Numbered from the stretch's first letter, positions 10,326 to 20,430 are shown. The stretch: 64,000 bases of DNA from Fidelibacterota bacterium (GCA_018657495.1 JABHXA010000001.1:39832-103831), one strand, 5' to 3'. Numbers and translations are program-made. The notes: generated by a model not told the origin, from the letters alone.

Positions 10326-10465
10326 TTTATTAATTTCTCAAAACTTATTGATTAGTGGTTCATGAAACAGGCTTATACCTGATAAATCATTTTGTCAATT
10401 CATTGGGAAATAGCCCCAATTTCCTAATTCCTAATCAAATACAAATCGCAGTAATTTTATGGCTT

Positions 10466-11962
10466 ATGATTCATAAGATATTAATAGCCAATCGTGGGGA
10501 AATTGCTGTTCGTATAATCCGTGCCTGCAGGGAAATGGGGATTGCAACCGTTGCCATGTATTCAGATGCGGACCGCCTTGCTCCTCATATTCTCAAAGCA
10601 GATGAAGCTTATTATGCTGGACCATCCCCATCATCGGAGTCCTATTTAAACATAAGTAGAATATTTGAAATTATACAGCAATCCGGCGCCGATGCCGTTC
10701 ATCCCGGATATGGTTTTCTCTCTGAGAATACTGCTTTCTCCGATGAAATAATCCGCATGGGAGTTACCTGGATAGGTCCATCTGCAGAATCAATAACGAC
10801 TATGGGTGATAAAATGGCCGCCAGGAAACTGGCGATGGAGGTTAATGCTCCCATTATTCCCGGTACTACACAATCCATTACCGATCCTGAAAAAGCAAAA
10901 AAACTGGCCGATGAGATTGGATATCCAGTATTGATAAAAGCTGCCGGTGGCGGTGGTGGTAAAGGTATGAGGATTGTCCATGATGAAAAAGAAATCATCA
11001 GCGCCATGGAAAGAGCTTCATCTGAGGCCGGTAAAGCATTTTCGGATGATCGCATTTATATTGAAAAATATTTAGAAGAGCCCCATCACATTGAAATCCA
11101 GGTATTCGCCGATCAGTTTGGGAATATTGTTACCTTTGGAGAACGCGAATGTTCAGTGCAACGACGGTACCAGAAAATAATTGAAGAATCCCCCTCTCCT
11201 TTTATAACAGATGATCTTCGTCAACAGCTGCAAAAGACAGCCTATGATATCACAAAAAAATGTAAATATCTTGGGGCTGGCACCATTGAATTTTTGGTGG
11301 ATAAACATCGTAAATTTTACTTTTTAGAAATGAATACTCGGCTCCAGGTTGAACATCCAGTAACCGAAATGATATACGGTGTGGATTTGGTAAAAGAACA
11401 ACTCCATGTTGCATCAGGTAAACCTCTGTCATTCAATCAAAATGATTTGCAGCCAAACGGTCATGCTATAGAGTGTCGAATATATGCTGAAGATGGCTAT
11501 CAAAATTTTGCTCCTTCCATTGGATTTATTAAAGAAATGGAGACTCCCAATGGACCCGGCATACGGCTGGATGAGGGCGTCCGCGAGGGTCAGGAAATCT
11601 CACCTTACTATGATCCACTCCTCGGCAAGTTGATTGCCTGGGGAATAGATCGTGAGGAATCCATGCATCGCATGATTCGGGCCTTGGATGAGTTTCGCGT
11701 TGTTGGTATCGATACTACAATTCCTTTTTGCCGGGAGTTTATCGCTCATTCTGCATTTAGACAGGGCCAATACTGCACACATACTTTGAATGAAATCATT
11801 TCAGACCTGAAAGAGAAAATGCAAATCAGCAAAACCGGGGATCTCATTGCCGGCAGTATCGCTGCAATTATCCATAGTTCAAAAAAAATAGTAAAACCCT
11901 TAAAAAAAGATCAAATAATTTCAAAGTGGACCACTGCAGGTCGAATGGAAAGTCTTCGATGA
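10466..11962 (+). CDS. accC: Biotin carboxylase subunit of an acetyl/propionyl-CoA carboxylase
   Basis: Canonical N-terminus MIHKILIANRGEIAVRIIRAC from ATG 10466; the 37-codon extension in the ORF track is not family-like. ATP-grasp glycine loop KAAGGGGGKGMR, then EMNTRLQVEHPVTE. Confidence 0.95.
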   Translation: MIHKILIANRGEIAVRIIRACREMGIATVAMYSDADRLAPHILKADEAYYAGPSPSSESYLNISRIFEIIQQSGADAVHPGYGFLSENTAFSDEIIRMGVTWIGPSAESITTMGDKMAARKLAMEVNAPIIPGTTQSITDPEKAKKLADEIGYPVLIKAAGGGGGKGMRIVHDEKEIISAMERASSEAGKAFSDDRIYIEKYLEEPHHIEIQVFADQFGNIVTFGERECSVQRRYQKIIEESPSPFITDDLRQQLQKTAYDITKKCKYLGAGTIEFLVDKHRKFYFLEMNTRLQVEHPVTEMIYGVDLVKEQLHVASGKPLSFNQNDLQPNGHAIECRIYAEDGYQNFAPSIGFIKEMETPNGPGIRLDEGVREGQEISPYYDPLLGKLIAWGIDREESMHRMIRALDEFRVVGIDTTIPFCREFIAHSAFRQGQYCTHTLNEIISDLKEKMQISKTGDLIAGSIAAIIHSSKKIVKPLKKDQIISKWTTAGRMESLR

Positions 11963-12471
11963 AATTCAAAACCATTATCGGTAAAACTGAATCTAATTTT
12001 GAGATGAATTTTCATTCCAATGGAATTGAAATCTTTCTGGATGGAAAATCTGTAAATGCCGAAGTTGAAAAATTATCCAATCATTCATATTCAATTATTG
12101 TAGAGGGAAAATCTCATATCGTCAGTATTTTGAATTATGAAGATAGCGTTTCCGCTCTCATTAATCAAAAAAAATCTCAAATCGTCGTAAAAGATGAAAC
12201 ACAGATATTGCTTGAGACATATGGTTTCGCAAAACCAGAATCAAATCATGTCGGTGAAATTCATGCCCCTATTCCCGGATTGGTAACAAAACTATTTGTA
12301 TCAAAAGACGATGTAGTTGAGAAGGGTCAGAAAATATTTATACTTGAAGCAATGAAAATGGAAAATGAGATTGACTCCCCCATATCAGGAAGCGTCACAA
12401 AGATACTTGTGGAAGAAGGGAAGGCCGTCCAAAAGGGACAGTTGATTCTTCATATTGCTGAAGATAAATAA
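11959..12471 (+). CDS. Biotin carboxyl carrier protein-like (biotinyl/lipoyl domain)
   Basis: ATGA overlap with the accC stop (ATG 11959, TGA 11960-11962). C-terminal biotinylation motif EAMKMENEI. Confidence 0.85.
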   Translation: MKFKTIIGKTESNFEMNFHSNGIEIFLDGKSVNAEVEKLSNHSYSIIVEGKSHIVSILNYEDSVSALINQKKSQIVVKDETQILLETYGFAKPESNHVGEIHAPIPGLVTKLFVSKDDVVEKGQKIFILEAMKMENEIDSPISGSVTKILVEEGKAVQKGQLILHIAEDK

Positions 12472-12578
12472 TTTAAAATAATTGAAACAACTATCGATAA
12501 AAGACCTGAATAGTGAACAATAATTTTGTCCATTTAAAATCTGGTCTTCAAATAAAATATTAAGGAGAATTAAATTTA

Positions 12579-13319
12579 ATGATTAGTATGAACAAACTTT
12601 TCTGGGGAGGACTTGGTTGGGCTGTATTTGGTCCTATTGGTGGTATCCTCGGGTATGTAATGGCATCTGATGATATAAAAACAGCTCGATCTCGCCCATC
12701 ATCAGGAATTTTTTCAGGTGGTCCCAAAACAACTACTCGGGCAGGGGATTTTGGTTTATCCATGCTTGTATTATTTGCTGCAGTAATGAAAGCAGATGGT
12801 CAGGTTTTAAAATCTGAGTTAGAATTTGTAAAGCAGTTTTTTATCAAACAGTTTGGTTCTACTTATGCAAAAGAACGTATTGCATTATTTCAGGATATTC
12901 TTAAACAGGAATATCCCCTTAGAGATGTTTGCCGACAAATAAAAAGTAATATGGATCACCCCGCCCGGCTACAAATGATTCATGTTTTATTTGGTCTTTC
13001 GCAGGCTGATGGGCATGTCCATCCCAGTGAAGTGAATATCATCAGGGATATTACTGGATACCTGGGGATCAGCCAGAAAGATTTTGAATCTATCAAAGCC
13101 ATGTTCTATAAGGATACTCAATCCTCGTACACGATTTTGGAAATTGACAAAAGTGCCACAGATATTGAAGTGAAAAAAGCCTTTAGACGAATGGCAACAA
13201 AATATCATCCTGATAAAGTGAGTCATCTTGGCGAGGAGTTTCGTTCAATTGCCGAAGAAAAATTCAAAAAAGTGAATGAAGCATATCAGCAAGTCAAAAA
13301 GGAAAGAGGAATTTCCTGA
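12579..13319 (+). CDS. djlA: DjlA-like co-chaperone (TM + TerB-like domain + C-terminal J domain)
   Basis: AAGGAG RBS, N-terminal Gly-rich TM segment, and a C-terminal J domain (YTILEIDKSATDIEVKKAFRRMATKYHPDK, with the HPD tripeptide). Confidence 0.8.
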   Translation: MISMNKLFWGGLGWAVFGPIGGILGYVMASDDIKTARSRPSSGIFSGGPKTTTRAGDFGLSMLVLFAAVMKADGQVLKSELEFVKQFFIKQFGSTYAKERIALFQDILKQEYPLRDVCRQIKSNMDHPARLQMIHVLFGLSQADGHVHPSEVNIIRDITGYLGISQKDFESIKAMFYKDTQSSYTILEIDKSATDIEVKKAFRRMATKYHPDKVSHLGEEFRSIAEEKFKKVNEAYQQVKKERGIS

Positions 13320-13375
13320 CACAATAAACTCTAACACTTTGGATATTAATAATCTACATTTGAAAATTATTTATA

Positions 13376-14920
13376 ATGAATAAAAAAACAAGTTCCGGTA
13401 TTCCTTTAAAATCCTTTTATGGACCTGATAATGCAGAGCAGCCAGGTGAGTTTCCTTTCACCCATGGTGTATATCCTTCAATGTATCGAGGCAGATTATG
13501 GACTATGCGGCAATATGCCGGATTTGCCTCTGCCGAGGAAAGTAATAAGCGATACCATTATCTCCTCGATCAGGGAGTAATGGGTCTGTCTGTTGCTTTT
13601 GACCTGCCCACCCAGACAGGATATGATTCTGATCATGATATGGCATATGGAGAGGTGGGTAGAGTTGGTGTGCCTATATCCTCACTTGCTGATATGGAGA
13701 TTCTATTTAAGAATATCCCGCTGGAAAAAGTATCTGTATCCATGACAATCAACTCTACTGCTGCCATTTTACTGGCCATGATTATCGCCATGGCAGATAA
13801 AACCGGAGTCAAAAGGCCAGCACTTCGCGGCACCATCCAAAATGATATACTAAAAGAGTATATTGCCCGCGGCACCTATATTTATCCACCAAAACCCAGT
13901 ATGCGTATTGTTACTGATATTTTTGAATACTGTGGTGAAGAACTACCAAATTGGAATACCATATCCATATCTGGCTATCATATTCGAGAAGCCGGTTCGA
14001 CTGCTGTCCAGGAAATTGCTTTTACTTTGGCTAATGGTATTGAATATGTGAAATCGGCTATTAATGTCGGTTTGGATGTAAACTCATTTGGTAAACGTCT
14101 CAGTTTTTTCTTTAATAGTCACAATAATTTTTTTGAGGAAATTGCCAAATTTCGCACAGCCCGCCGGATGTGGGCCAGAATCATGAAAGATCGGTTTGGG
14201 GCCACCGAACCAAAGGCCCTTGCCTGTCGATTCCATACACAAACAGCAGGTTCAACTCTCACTGCACAACAAATTGATAACAATGTGATCCGAACTACAC
14301 TTCAGGCTACTGCTGCCGTCCTTGGTGGGACCCAGTCTCTCCATACCAATTCCAAAGATGAAGCCCTGGCTTTGCCTACTGAGGAATCCGTAAGGCTCGC
14401 ACTTCGAACCCAGCAGATTATCGGTTATGAATCCGGAATTCCCGATGTGGTTGATCCCCTTGCAGGATCGTATTATATAGAATCCCTCTGTAATGATTTA
14501 GAGGAAAGAGCCCTTGAACTCATCCAGAAAATTGATGACCTTGGTGGTTCAGCCAAAGCAATAGAACAGGAATTTCAGCAGAATGAAATCGCCAATAGTG
14601 CATTTGATTACCAGAAAAAAGTCGATAATGAAGAGAAGGTCATTGTAGGTGTAAACAAATTTGTTTCCGAAAATACGACCTCTCCCCCTTTACAGCCAAT
14701 CAACCCGAAAGCCGTTGAATCCCAACTTATCCGATTAAAACAGGTTAAAACGGATCGGGATCATTCCAAGGTTGAAAACTCACTATCAATGTTACAACAA
14801 GCCGCCGAAAAAAATGATTGTAATTTGATGCCCTATATCCTCACCGCAGTAAATGAATATGCCACTTTGGGTGAAATTTCAGGCAAACTAAAAGAAATAT
14901 TCGGCGAATATTCAGGTTAG
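13376..14920 (+). CDS. Methylmalonyl-CoA mutase, catalytic (N-terminal TIM-barrel) subunit only
   Basis: Family-typical [39 protein letters not shown] and [14 protein letters not shown]. Ends at 514 aa with no B12-binding DxHxxG domain, so this is a split-type mutase. Confidence 0.9.
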   Translation: MNKKTSSGIPLKSFYGPDNAEQPGEFPFTHGVYPSMYRGRLWTMRQYAGFASAEESNKRYHYLLDQGVMGLSVAFDLPTQTGYDSDHDMAYGEVGRVGVPISSLADMEILFKNIPLEKVSVSMTINSTAAILLAMIIAMADKTGVKRPALRGTIQNDILKEYIARGTYIYPPKPSMRIVTDIFEYCGEELPNWNTISISGYHIREAGSTAVQEIAFTLANGIEYVKSAINVGLDVNSFGKRLSFFFNSHNNFFEEIAKFRTARRMWARIMKDRFGATEPKALACRFHTQTAGSTLTAQQIDNNVIRTTLQATAAVLGGTQSLHTNSKDEALALPTEESVRLALRTQQIIGYESGIPDVVDPLAGSYYIESLCNDLEERALELIQKIDDLGGSAKAIEQEFQQNEIANSAFDYQKKVDNEEKVIVGVNKFVSENTTSPPLQPINPKAVESQLIRLKQVKTDRDHSKVENSLSMLQQAAEKNDCNLMPYILTAVNEYATLGEISGKLKEIFGEYSG

Positions 14921-14925
14921 AAATC

Positions 14926-15684
14926 ATGTTTATGATCAAACGGTTTCAAGACAAATTGACAACCCGGTATATGGGCCGCGAAATGAAATATTATCAAATG
15001 ACCGAATCCACCAATCAGGATGCCTGGCATTTGTATGAAGAAGAGTATATAAAAGGCTCCGTTGTATTGACCGATAGACAGTATAAAGGACGCGGACGGC
15101 ATGGATCACATTGGTTTTCAACAAAAGATACCAGCCTGACATTTTCAATCATATATGAGGTCACTCTGCCAATGGAAAAGTTGGGTTTGCTTGCCCTGTT
15201 ATCGGCGGTAGCAGTCGCCACCGGCATTCGGGTTTCAACTGGATTTGGACCAGCGGTAAAATGGCCAAATGACATCATAGTCAATCATCGAAAATTATGT
15301 GGTATACTGGTTGAAACACGTCGGGCAAAGGATAAAACGATTGTTGTTACCGGTATTGGGCTGAATGTAAATGAACGTAAAATTGATTTTGAAGGAGACT
15401 TGAAGGAAACAGCAACATCCATTAATATCGAGACTGGAAATAAAACTATTCGAGAATATCTCCTTGCCCAAATTCTGTATCATTTTGAATACTATCTAGA
15501 AAATATGAGACAGGTTATCCCCCAATGGCGTTTCCTTTGTGCACATAAAAATCAGAAAATTTTCTTTCATCAGGGAAAAAATATTATAGAAGGGATATTC
15601 CTTGATCTGGACGAATATGGACATGCCCTTATTGAAACCAATGGTAAAGTTGAAACTTATTCAGGGAACAGCATAATCTTATGA
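14926..15684 (+). CDS. birA: Biotin--protein ligase (group I, no N-terminal HTH)
   Basis: GRGRHGSHWFS matches the BirA GRGRxGRxW biotin-binding loop. The KWPNDI motif is present. 252 aa. Confidence 0.85.
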   Translation: MFMIKRFQDKLTTRYMGREMKYYQMTESTNQDAWHLYEEEYIKGSVVLTDRQYKGRGRHGSHWFSTKDTSLTFSIIYEVTLPMEKLGLLALLSAVAVATGIRVSTGFGPAVKWPNDIIVNHRKLCGILVETRRAKDKTIVVTGIGLNVNERKIDFEGDLKETATSINIETGNKTIREYLLAQILYHFEYYLENMRQVIPQWRFLCAHKNQKIFFHQGKNIIEGIFLDLDEYGHALIETNGKVETYSGNSIIL

Positions 15685-16424
15685 ATATCCTGGCAATTGA
15701 CATCGGTAATACAAATGTGGTGATCGCGGTATTTGAAAATAATGACATTATTGATACGGTGAGAGTGGAATCTGATTTGAAGTTTTGGGCATCATTCCAA
15801 AAAATCAAGAAATACAAAGTTGATGGTATTATTATCAGTTCAGTGGTTCCCAAACTAAACGAAATTTATGTTCAGGCCTGTATTAACCTTTTCCAAATCG
15901 AACCTGCAATTATCTCCGTAAAGAATGCCGGTGTCTCAACAATTGTAGATAAACCTGTTGAAATCGGTGCCGACCGTTTATGCAATATTGCTGCGGCAAT
16001 AGAATTTTATTCGACCCCTGCCATTGTTGTTGATTTTGGAACAGCCACCACATATGATGTAATCGACGAAAAGAATAAATTCATCGGCGGTGCCATTGCC
16101 CCTGGCATTGATGTTTCTGCCCGGTATCTTTTTGAATCAGCATCGCTGCTTAGAGAAACCGCATTTACTTTCCCAGAATCAGCCATAGCCATTACCACGG
16201 AATCAAATCTGCAATCCGGTATCATGTTTGGTGCTGTTGATGAAGTAGATGGGATGATACATAGAATTCGATCTGAGATGAATGTTAAAAAAACAGCGAT
16301 TATACTCACCGGGGGATTCAGCACTGTAATTGCACCCGGTTTAAAAACTGACCATATTATCGACAAGGCATTAACCTTGAAAGGTATGAAATTAATCTAT
16401 CACCGAATGGAAAATAAATTATGA
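15681..16424 (+). CDS. coaX: Type III pantothenate kinase
   Basis: N-terminal ILAIDIGNTN, then GADR and VVDFGTATT motifs of the ASKHA-fold CoaX/Baf family. ATGA overlap with birA. Confidence 0.9.
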   Translation: MNILAIDIGNTNVVIAVFENNDIIDTVRVESDLKFWASFQKIKKYKVDGIIISSVVPKLNEIYVQACINLFQIEPAIISVKNAGVSTIVDKPVEIGADRLCNIAAAIEFYSTPAIVVDFGTATTYDVIDEKNKFIGGAIAPGIDVSARYLFESASLLRETAFTFPESAIAITTESNLQSGIMFGAVDEVDGMIHRIRSEMNVKKTAIILTGGFSTVIAPGLKTDHIIDKALTLKGMKLIYHRMENKL

Positions 16425-17203
16425 AAAATCCTGTCAAATTAATTCTGTTATTTATTATCCCCATTTTTATTTTGATCGGTTGTGGAGACGACCTATTCTT
16501 GAACACCGATAAGAATACTGCAGAGGATTCATTTAATGATATTACTTTCCTTCATGATCATTTTTACACAACAAATTATGATCTTTCAGGTCACTCCGGC
16601 GCCCAAATAGACCTCTTTGAAATCGCCCCTGATGGAGTCTTGTCTGATAGATATGAACTGGACTATAATGGTTTGGGTTATGTTTCGATGACAAATGATG
16701 GAACTGACCTGTACCTACTGCCACGATTCAACTGGTTTATGATAAAATTAACTAATGTCGGTGAGCAATATCCTTTGCTGCCATTGCCTTATGATGATGA
16801 TGACCCAGATTGGTCAGCAAGTACCTTTTGCTATAATTCAGATGTAGATTCCCTCTTTGTACTTTTTCAAAATAGAAACTACCCAGATCAATACCGCGGA
16901 GTATATCTTGCCCCGGATAATCCGGGCATTGAAGGATCAAAAGTCAATATTACTTTTGATTTCCTGGATAATACTCAATATGGTTGTTATGCAATGACTT
17001 ACCGTAATAATAAATATTACCTGCTGGCAGTAAGAATTGATGGAACCGATATACTGATATCAACTGATGAATATTTGACTCCCATTTCTACAACCGACAT
17101 AACAGATTACACGGTAACAGGTTTAGACTTTTATGCGGGGAGCGATAGTCTGTTTTTTAGTTATCGTGATCGCCGAGTATCATTTTTTATGGAAATGGAT
17201 TGA
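16421..17203 (+). CDS. Hypothetical lipoprotein
   Basis: ATGA overlap with coaX. Signal plus lipobox ILIGCGDD. No recognised domain. Confidence 0.6.
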   Translation: MKNPVKLILLFIIPIFILIGCGDDLFLNTDKNTAEDSFNDITFLHDHFYTTNYDLSGHSGAQIDLFEIAPDGVLSDRYELDYNGLGYVSMTNDGTDLYLLPRFNWFMIKLTNVGEQYPLLPLPYDDDDPDWSASTFCYNSDVDSLFVLFQNRNYPDQYRGVYLAPDNPGIEGSKVNITFDFLDNTQYGCYAMTYRNNKYYLLAVRIDGTDILISTDEYLTPISTTDITDYTVTGLDFYAGSDSLFFSYRDRRVSFFMEMD

Positions 17204-17267
17204 TATATTTATTTGTAACCCCAGGTTCAAAAATTAATCAAACAGGTAATTAATTGAGGAATCTGAA

Positions 17268-17612
17268 ATGTTCAACTTATTCAAAACAAAAGAAAAATCA
17301 ACAATTTCCATTAACGATGCCAATTGGGACGAAATTATAAATTCAAATTCTGGCCCCGTGATGGTTGATATATGGGCACCCTGGTGCGGTCCATGTAAAT
17401 TAATTGGACCCATTGTTGAAGAGCTGGCTGAAGAATATAAAGGGAAAATTATTATCGGAAAATTGAATGCCGACGAAAACACCAAGTCTCGGCAGATGGG
17501 TATCCGCAGTATTCCAACCCTCTTGTTTTTTAAAGATGGGAAAAAAGTGGACCAAATAACCTGCGCTCAACCCATGAATATTATCCGTGAGAAATTCAAT
17601 AAATTAATTTGA
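17268..17612 (+). CDS. trxA: Thioredoxin
   Basis: VDIWAPWCGPCK active site, GIRSIPTLLFFKDG, 114 aa. Confidence 0.95.
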   Translation: MFNLFKTKEKSTISINDANWDEIINSNSGPVMVDIWAPWCGPCKLIGPIVEELAEEYKGKIIIGKLNADENTKSRQMGIRSIPTLLFFKDGKKVDQITCAQPMNIIREKFNKLI

Positions 17613-17648
17613 AGATTTTTTAATTATTTACATGCACCATCTTATTAT

Positions 17649-19085
17649 ATGAAGAAGTTTCTTCCTTTTATCATCCTGTTATCACTTGGCTGTGGTGGAA
17701 CCAATAACAAGATTGTCAACCAGAACCCAGATGATCTTCGCCGTTTAACAATTCTATATACAAACGATGAACATGGATGGATGCTTCGTGAAGGACAAAA
17801 CGGTGGTGCAGCTCAGTTGATGAATACCTGGATTGAGGAAGAAGGATATGTTGAAGATGGTCCCTTCTTGATTTTAAGCGGTGGTGATATGTGGACTGGT
17901 CCGGCAATATCAACATGGTTTAAGGGTGAATCTATGGTTGATGTGATGAATTCAATGAATTACGATGCTGCCGCAATCGGGAACCACGAATTTGATTTTA
18001 ATCAGTTGACGCTGCTGGAAAGATCGCAACAGGCAAACTTTCCATTATTATCTTCAAATATGAGATCAGAGAGTTCAGGCGAAATCGTCAATCCTGCTCT
18101 GCCATATATTATCAAAACCGTAAACGATATTTCAGTTGGCATTATCGGATTGACTGCAACCGAAGCAGATGATATCAATTTTCCCGAAAACGTTGCCGGT
18201 ATTGATTTTATTGACTATCAGGATGTTTTATATGAAATCGTCCCTCAAATTAAATCTGAAGGCGCTGAATTAATTATAATTGTTGGGCATATATGCAGTT
18301 TTGAGATCACCAGCCTTGTTCCTCTTGCAAAGGAACTGGGGATTGCTCTAATCGGCGGTGGACATTGTCATGAGACTGTTTCAAAAATTCAAAATGGCAT
18401 TGGTGTGATGGAAGGTGGATCATATTTGTCCGCATATGCAAAGGCCGAAATTGATTTTGATATCATTACCAACACCGTGGTGGATATAGACGTTTCTACT
18501 CATAATAATACGGGATTGACCAAAAATTCTGTTGTCGATTCAGTCATATCTATCTGGCAGGGGCAAATGGATTCGGAGCTCTCTCAGGTGATTGGTTATG
18601 TTGCACAGAATATTAGCAGCAATTCGGATGCAATGTATAATCTCATTACCGATGCATGGTTATGGTCTTATCCGAATGTGGATATCGCAATTACAAATAC
18701 CGGTGGAATCAGGGCTGATATGCCTCCAGGTGATATTACATTTGAAACCTGGGTAGGAATACTCCCATTCGAAAACTTTCTTTATGTTATTGATATCACC
18801 GGTGAGCAATTAATTCAAAATATACCCTACTATGTGATTGGCGGCATGACCACGATTCCAGAGATAATGCTCATTGATGGTACACCAATTCATCCAGATT
18901 CGGTATACTCTGTTTTAGTTACAGATTATATTTATAGTACCTCTGAATATTTTCAAACTGCTGATCCAGACCCATTAGATACTTCTATTCATTGGCGGCA
19001 ACCTGTTATCGACTGGATCCAGAGCCTGAATACAAACATCGATGATCCTCTGGATAATTATTTGGACTATGAACCACGGCAATAA
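17649..19085 (+). CDS. Lipoprotein 5'-nucleotidase / metallophosphoesterase (UshA-like)
   Basis: Lipobox LSLGCGG. Metallophosphatase motifs YTNDEHG, GGDMWTG, GNHEFD and GHCH. C-terminal 5'-nucleotidase substrate domain. Confidence 0.85.
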   Translation: MKKFLPFIILLSLGCGGTNNKIVNQNPDDLRRLTILYTNDEHGWMLREGQNGGAAQLMNTWIEEEGYVEDGPFLILSGGDMWTGPAISTWFKGESMVDVMNSMNYDAAAIGNHEFDFNQLTLLERSQQANFPLLSSNMRSESSGEIVNPALPYIIKTVNDISVGIIGLTATEADDINFPENVAGIDFIDYQDVLYEIVPQIKSEGAELIIIVGHICSFEITSLVPLAKELGIALIGGGHCHETVSKIQNGIGVMEGGSYLSAYAKAEIDFDIITNTVVDIDVSTHNNTGLTKNSVVDSVISIWQGQMDSELSQVIGYVAQNISSNSDAMYNLITDAWLWSYPNVDIAITNTGGIRADMPPGDITFETWVGILPFENFLYVIDITGEQLIQNIPYYVIGGMTTIPEIMLIDGTPIHPDSVYSVLVTDYIYSTSEYFQTADPDPLDTSIHWRQPVIDWIQSLNTNIDDPLDNYLDYEPRQ

Positions 19086-19151
19086 ATTTTAAGCCCTTGA
19101 CGACAATTTCGATGTAAGAACTCAGGATCTATACTCACTAATTTATATCAA

Positions 19152-19736
19152 ATGAAAACAGATGAAATTGTACTAATTGAGAAGGCTCAAAGTGGAGATC
19201 GTGAAGCCTTAACATCGCTGATTACGCAATACTCTTCACGGATATATAATCTTGGCTTAAGGATGATGCGCAATGAAAAGGATGCCGAGGATATTCTGCA
19301 GGAGACATTTCTCATATTAATAAAAAAAATTAATACATTCCAAGGCAGATCATCCCTGTATACCTGGCTTTACAGAGTTGCTACAAATCTGGCCTTAGAA
19401 AAATTGAAGGATAAACATCGAACGCATGTCACAGCTTCAATTGATGATTTAGGATTTGATAATTTCCAGAAATACCACCCGGTAGAATTTCCTGAATTCA
19501 CAGATGAAAAACTATCTGACCGTCAATTTCGCCGTTATTTAAATAAAGCGATGATTGAGTTGAATGAAAAATTAAAAGCTGTGTTCGTTTTACGGGATAT
19601 TGAAGGTCAATCTGTGGCAGAGACAGCAAAAATACTGGCTATCACTGAATCCAATGTAAAAATTAGACTTATGAGAGCCCGTTTGTTTTTAAGAGATAAA
19701 TTATCACATACTTTCAGTAAGGAGGGTTGGTTATGA
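19152..19736 (+). CDS. ECF-type RNA polymerase sigma-70 family factor
   Basis: Region 2 (DAEDILQETFLILIKKINTFQGRSSLYTWLYRVATNLALEKLK) and region 4 HTH (GQSVAETAKILAITESNVKIRLMRAR). Confidence 0.9.
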   Translation: MKTDEIVLIEKAQSGDREALTSLITQYSSRIYNLGLRMMRNEKDAEDILQETFLILIKKINTFQGRSSLYTWLYRVATNLALEKLKDKHRTHVTASIDDLGFDNFQKYHPVEFPEFTDEKLSDRQFRRYLNKAMIELNEKLKAVFVLRDIEGQSVAETAKILAITESNVKIRLMRARLFLRDKLSHTFSKEGWL

Positions 19737-19981
19737 GTACTTTCAATCCAGACAAAGAGATCACACATCTCATCTGTGAACAAATGGGTGGTGATATTGA
19801 TAAGCAAGCCTGTGAGGAACTTCAGCGATATATGGAGGAATGCCCTGATTGCAAAGTATATTTTGATTCTGTCACCAAGGTTGTAAAAATGTACCGGAAA
19901 TGTGATGAAGAGCAGGATGTACCAGAGGATGTGACAAATCGATTATTTAAAGTCTTAAACCTGAAGAAAAAGGATGAATAA
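19733..19981 (+). CDS. Small soluble anti-sigma factor, zinc-finger (zf-HC2-like, variant)
   Basis: ATGA overlap with the sigma gene (ATG 19733). The Cys cluster ACEELQRYMEECPDC (C-x9-C-x2-C) sits where zinc-binding anti-sigma (ZAS) factors have H-x3-C-x2-C. No TM segment. Confidence 0.6.
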   Translation: MSTFNPDKEITHLICEQMGGDIDKQACEELQRYMEECPDCKVYFDSVTKVVKMYRKCDEEQDVPEDVTNRLFKVLNLKKKDE

Positions 19982-20345
19982 GGTGGAAATATTTTTAGTA
20001 CCAGCCCAAATAAATGATATTAACTCGAAAGTGGATAACCATTTTGGTCGATCAAATTGGTATTTGATTGTTGACAGCGAGGGAAGTTTAATAGATTCAA
20101 TTCCAGGGAATCAACAATCCCATCATAAAGGAATTTACAATTGGAAAAACAAATTGGGATTTACAAAAATTCTAACATCTCATATGGGTCCGGGTGCATA
20201 TGATGCTGCAGCATACCTGGGAATTGATATTTATATGGTTCCCCCCGGAGAGTCCTTACTTGATGCTGTCAAAAAATATAATGACGGACAATTAACAGCG
20301 CTATCAAGTTCCGAAGGTTTGAACTGCGGAGGTAATTGCCACTAG
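19974..20345 (+). CDS. NifX/NifB-C-terminal/NafY-type (Nitro_FeMo-Co-like) domain protein
   Basis: HFGRS motif near the N-terminus followed by YLIVD, with an alpha/beta layout typical of this family. Cys-rich tail NCGGNCH. Overlaps the anti-sigma gene by 8 nt. Confidence 0.65.
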   Translation: MNKVEIFLVPAQINDINSKVDNHFGRSNWYLIVDSEGSLIDSIPGNQQSHHKGIYNWKNKLGFTKILTSHMGPGAYDAAAYLGIDIYMVPPGESLLDAVKKYNDGQLTALSSSEGLNCGGNCH

Positions 20346-20380
20346 CTTAAACTGCAGGTTCTTTATTTCAATTACAATAA

Positions 20381-20410
20381 AAAAGGGGATGAAATTCATC
20401 CCCTTTTTTA
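20381..20410. terminator. Bidirectional intrinsic terminator between convergent genes
   Basis: Perfect palindrome GGGGATGAA (20385-20393) / TTCATCCCC (20395-20403), flanked by AAAA upstream and TTTTTT downstream. It lies between the + gene ending at 20345 and the - gene ending at 20431. Confidence 0.75.
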
Positions 20411-20430
20411 TATCATATTTAATTATCTGA

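Noticed and set aside
10355-10465. 37-codon N-terminal extension of accC given in the ORF track
   Set aside because: The extension is non-conserved-looking, and biotin carboxylases start directly at M-x-x-K-I-L-I-A-N-R-G-E-I-A. ATG 10466 gives exactly that N-terminus.
10699-11055. 118-aa antisense ORF inside accC (similar cases: 16007..16366 in coaX, 36333..36701 in the permease gene, 43700..44005 and 46232..46534 in carB, 58882..59310 in menF)
   Set aside because: All lie wholly inside strongly supported genes on the opposite strand and have low-complexity or proline/serine-rich translations (for example PPPPPAAF opposite the GGGGGKG loop). None has a start context. They are typical shadow ORFs.
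19086-19151. ECF-type or sigma-70 promoter call upstream of the ECF sigma gene (TTGACG at ~19096, GAAC at ~19118)
   Set aside because: No properly spaced -10 partner was found: neither TATAAT-like at 16-18 nt nor CGT-type for ECF. Promoter consensus for this lineage is unknown, so nothing is reported.
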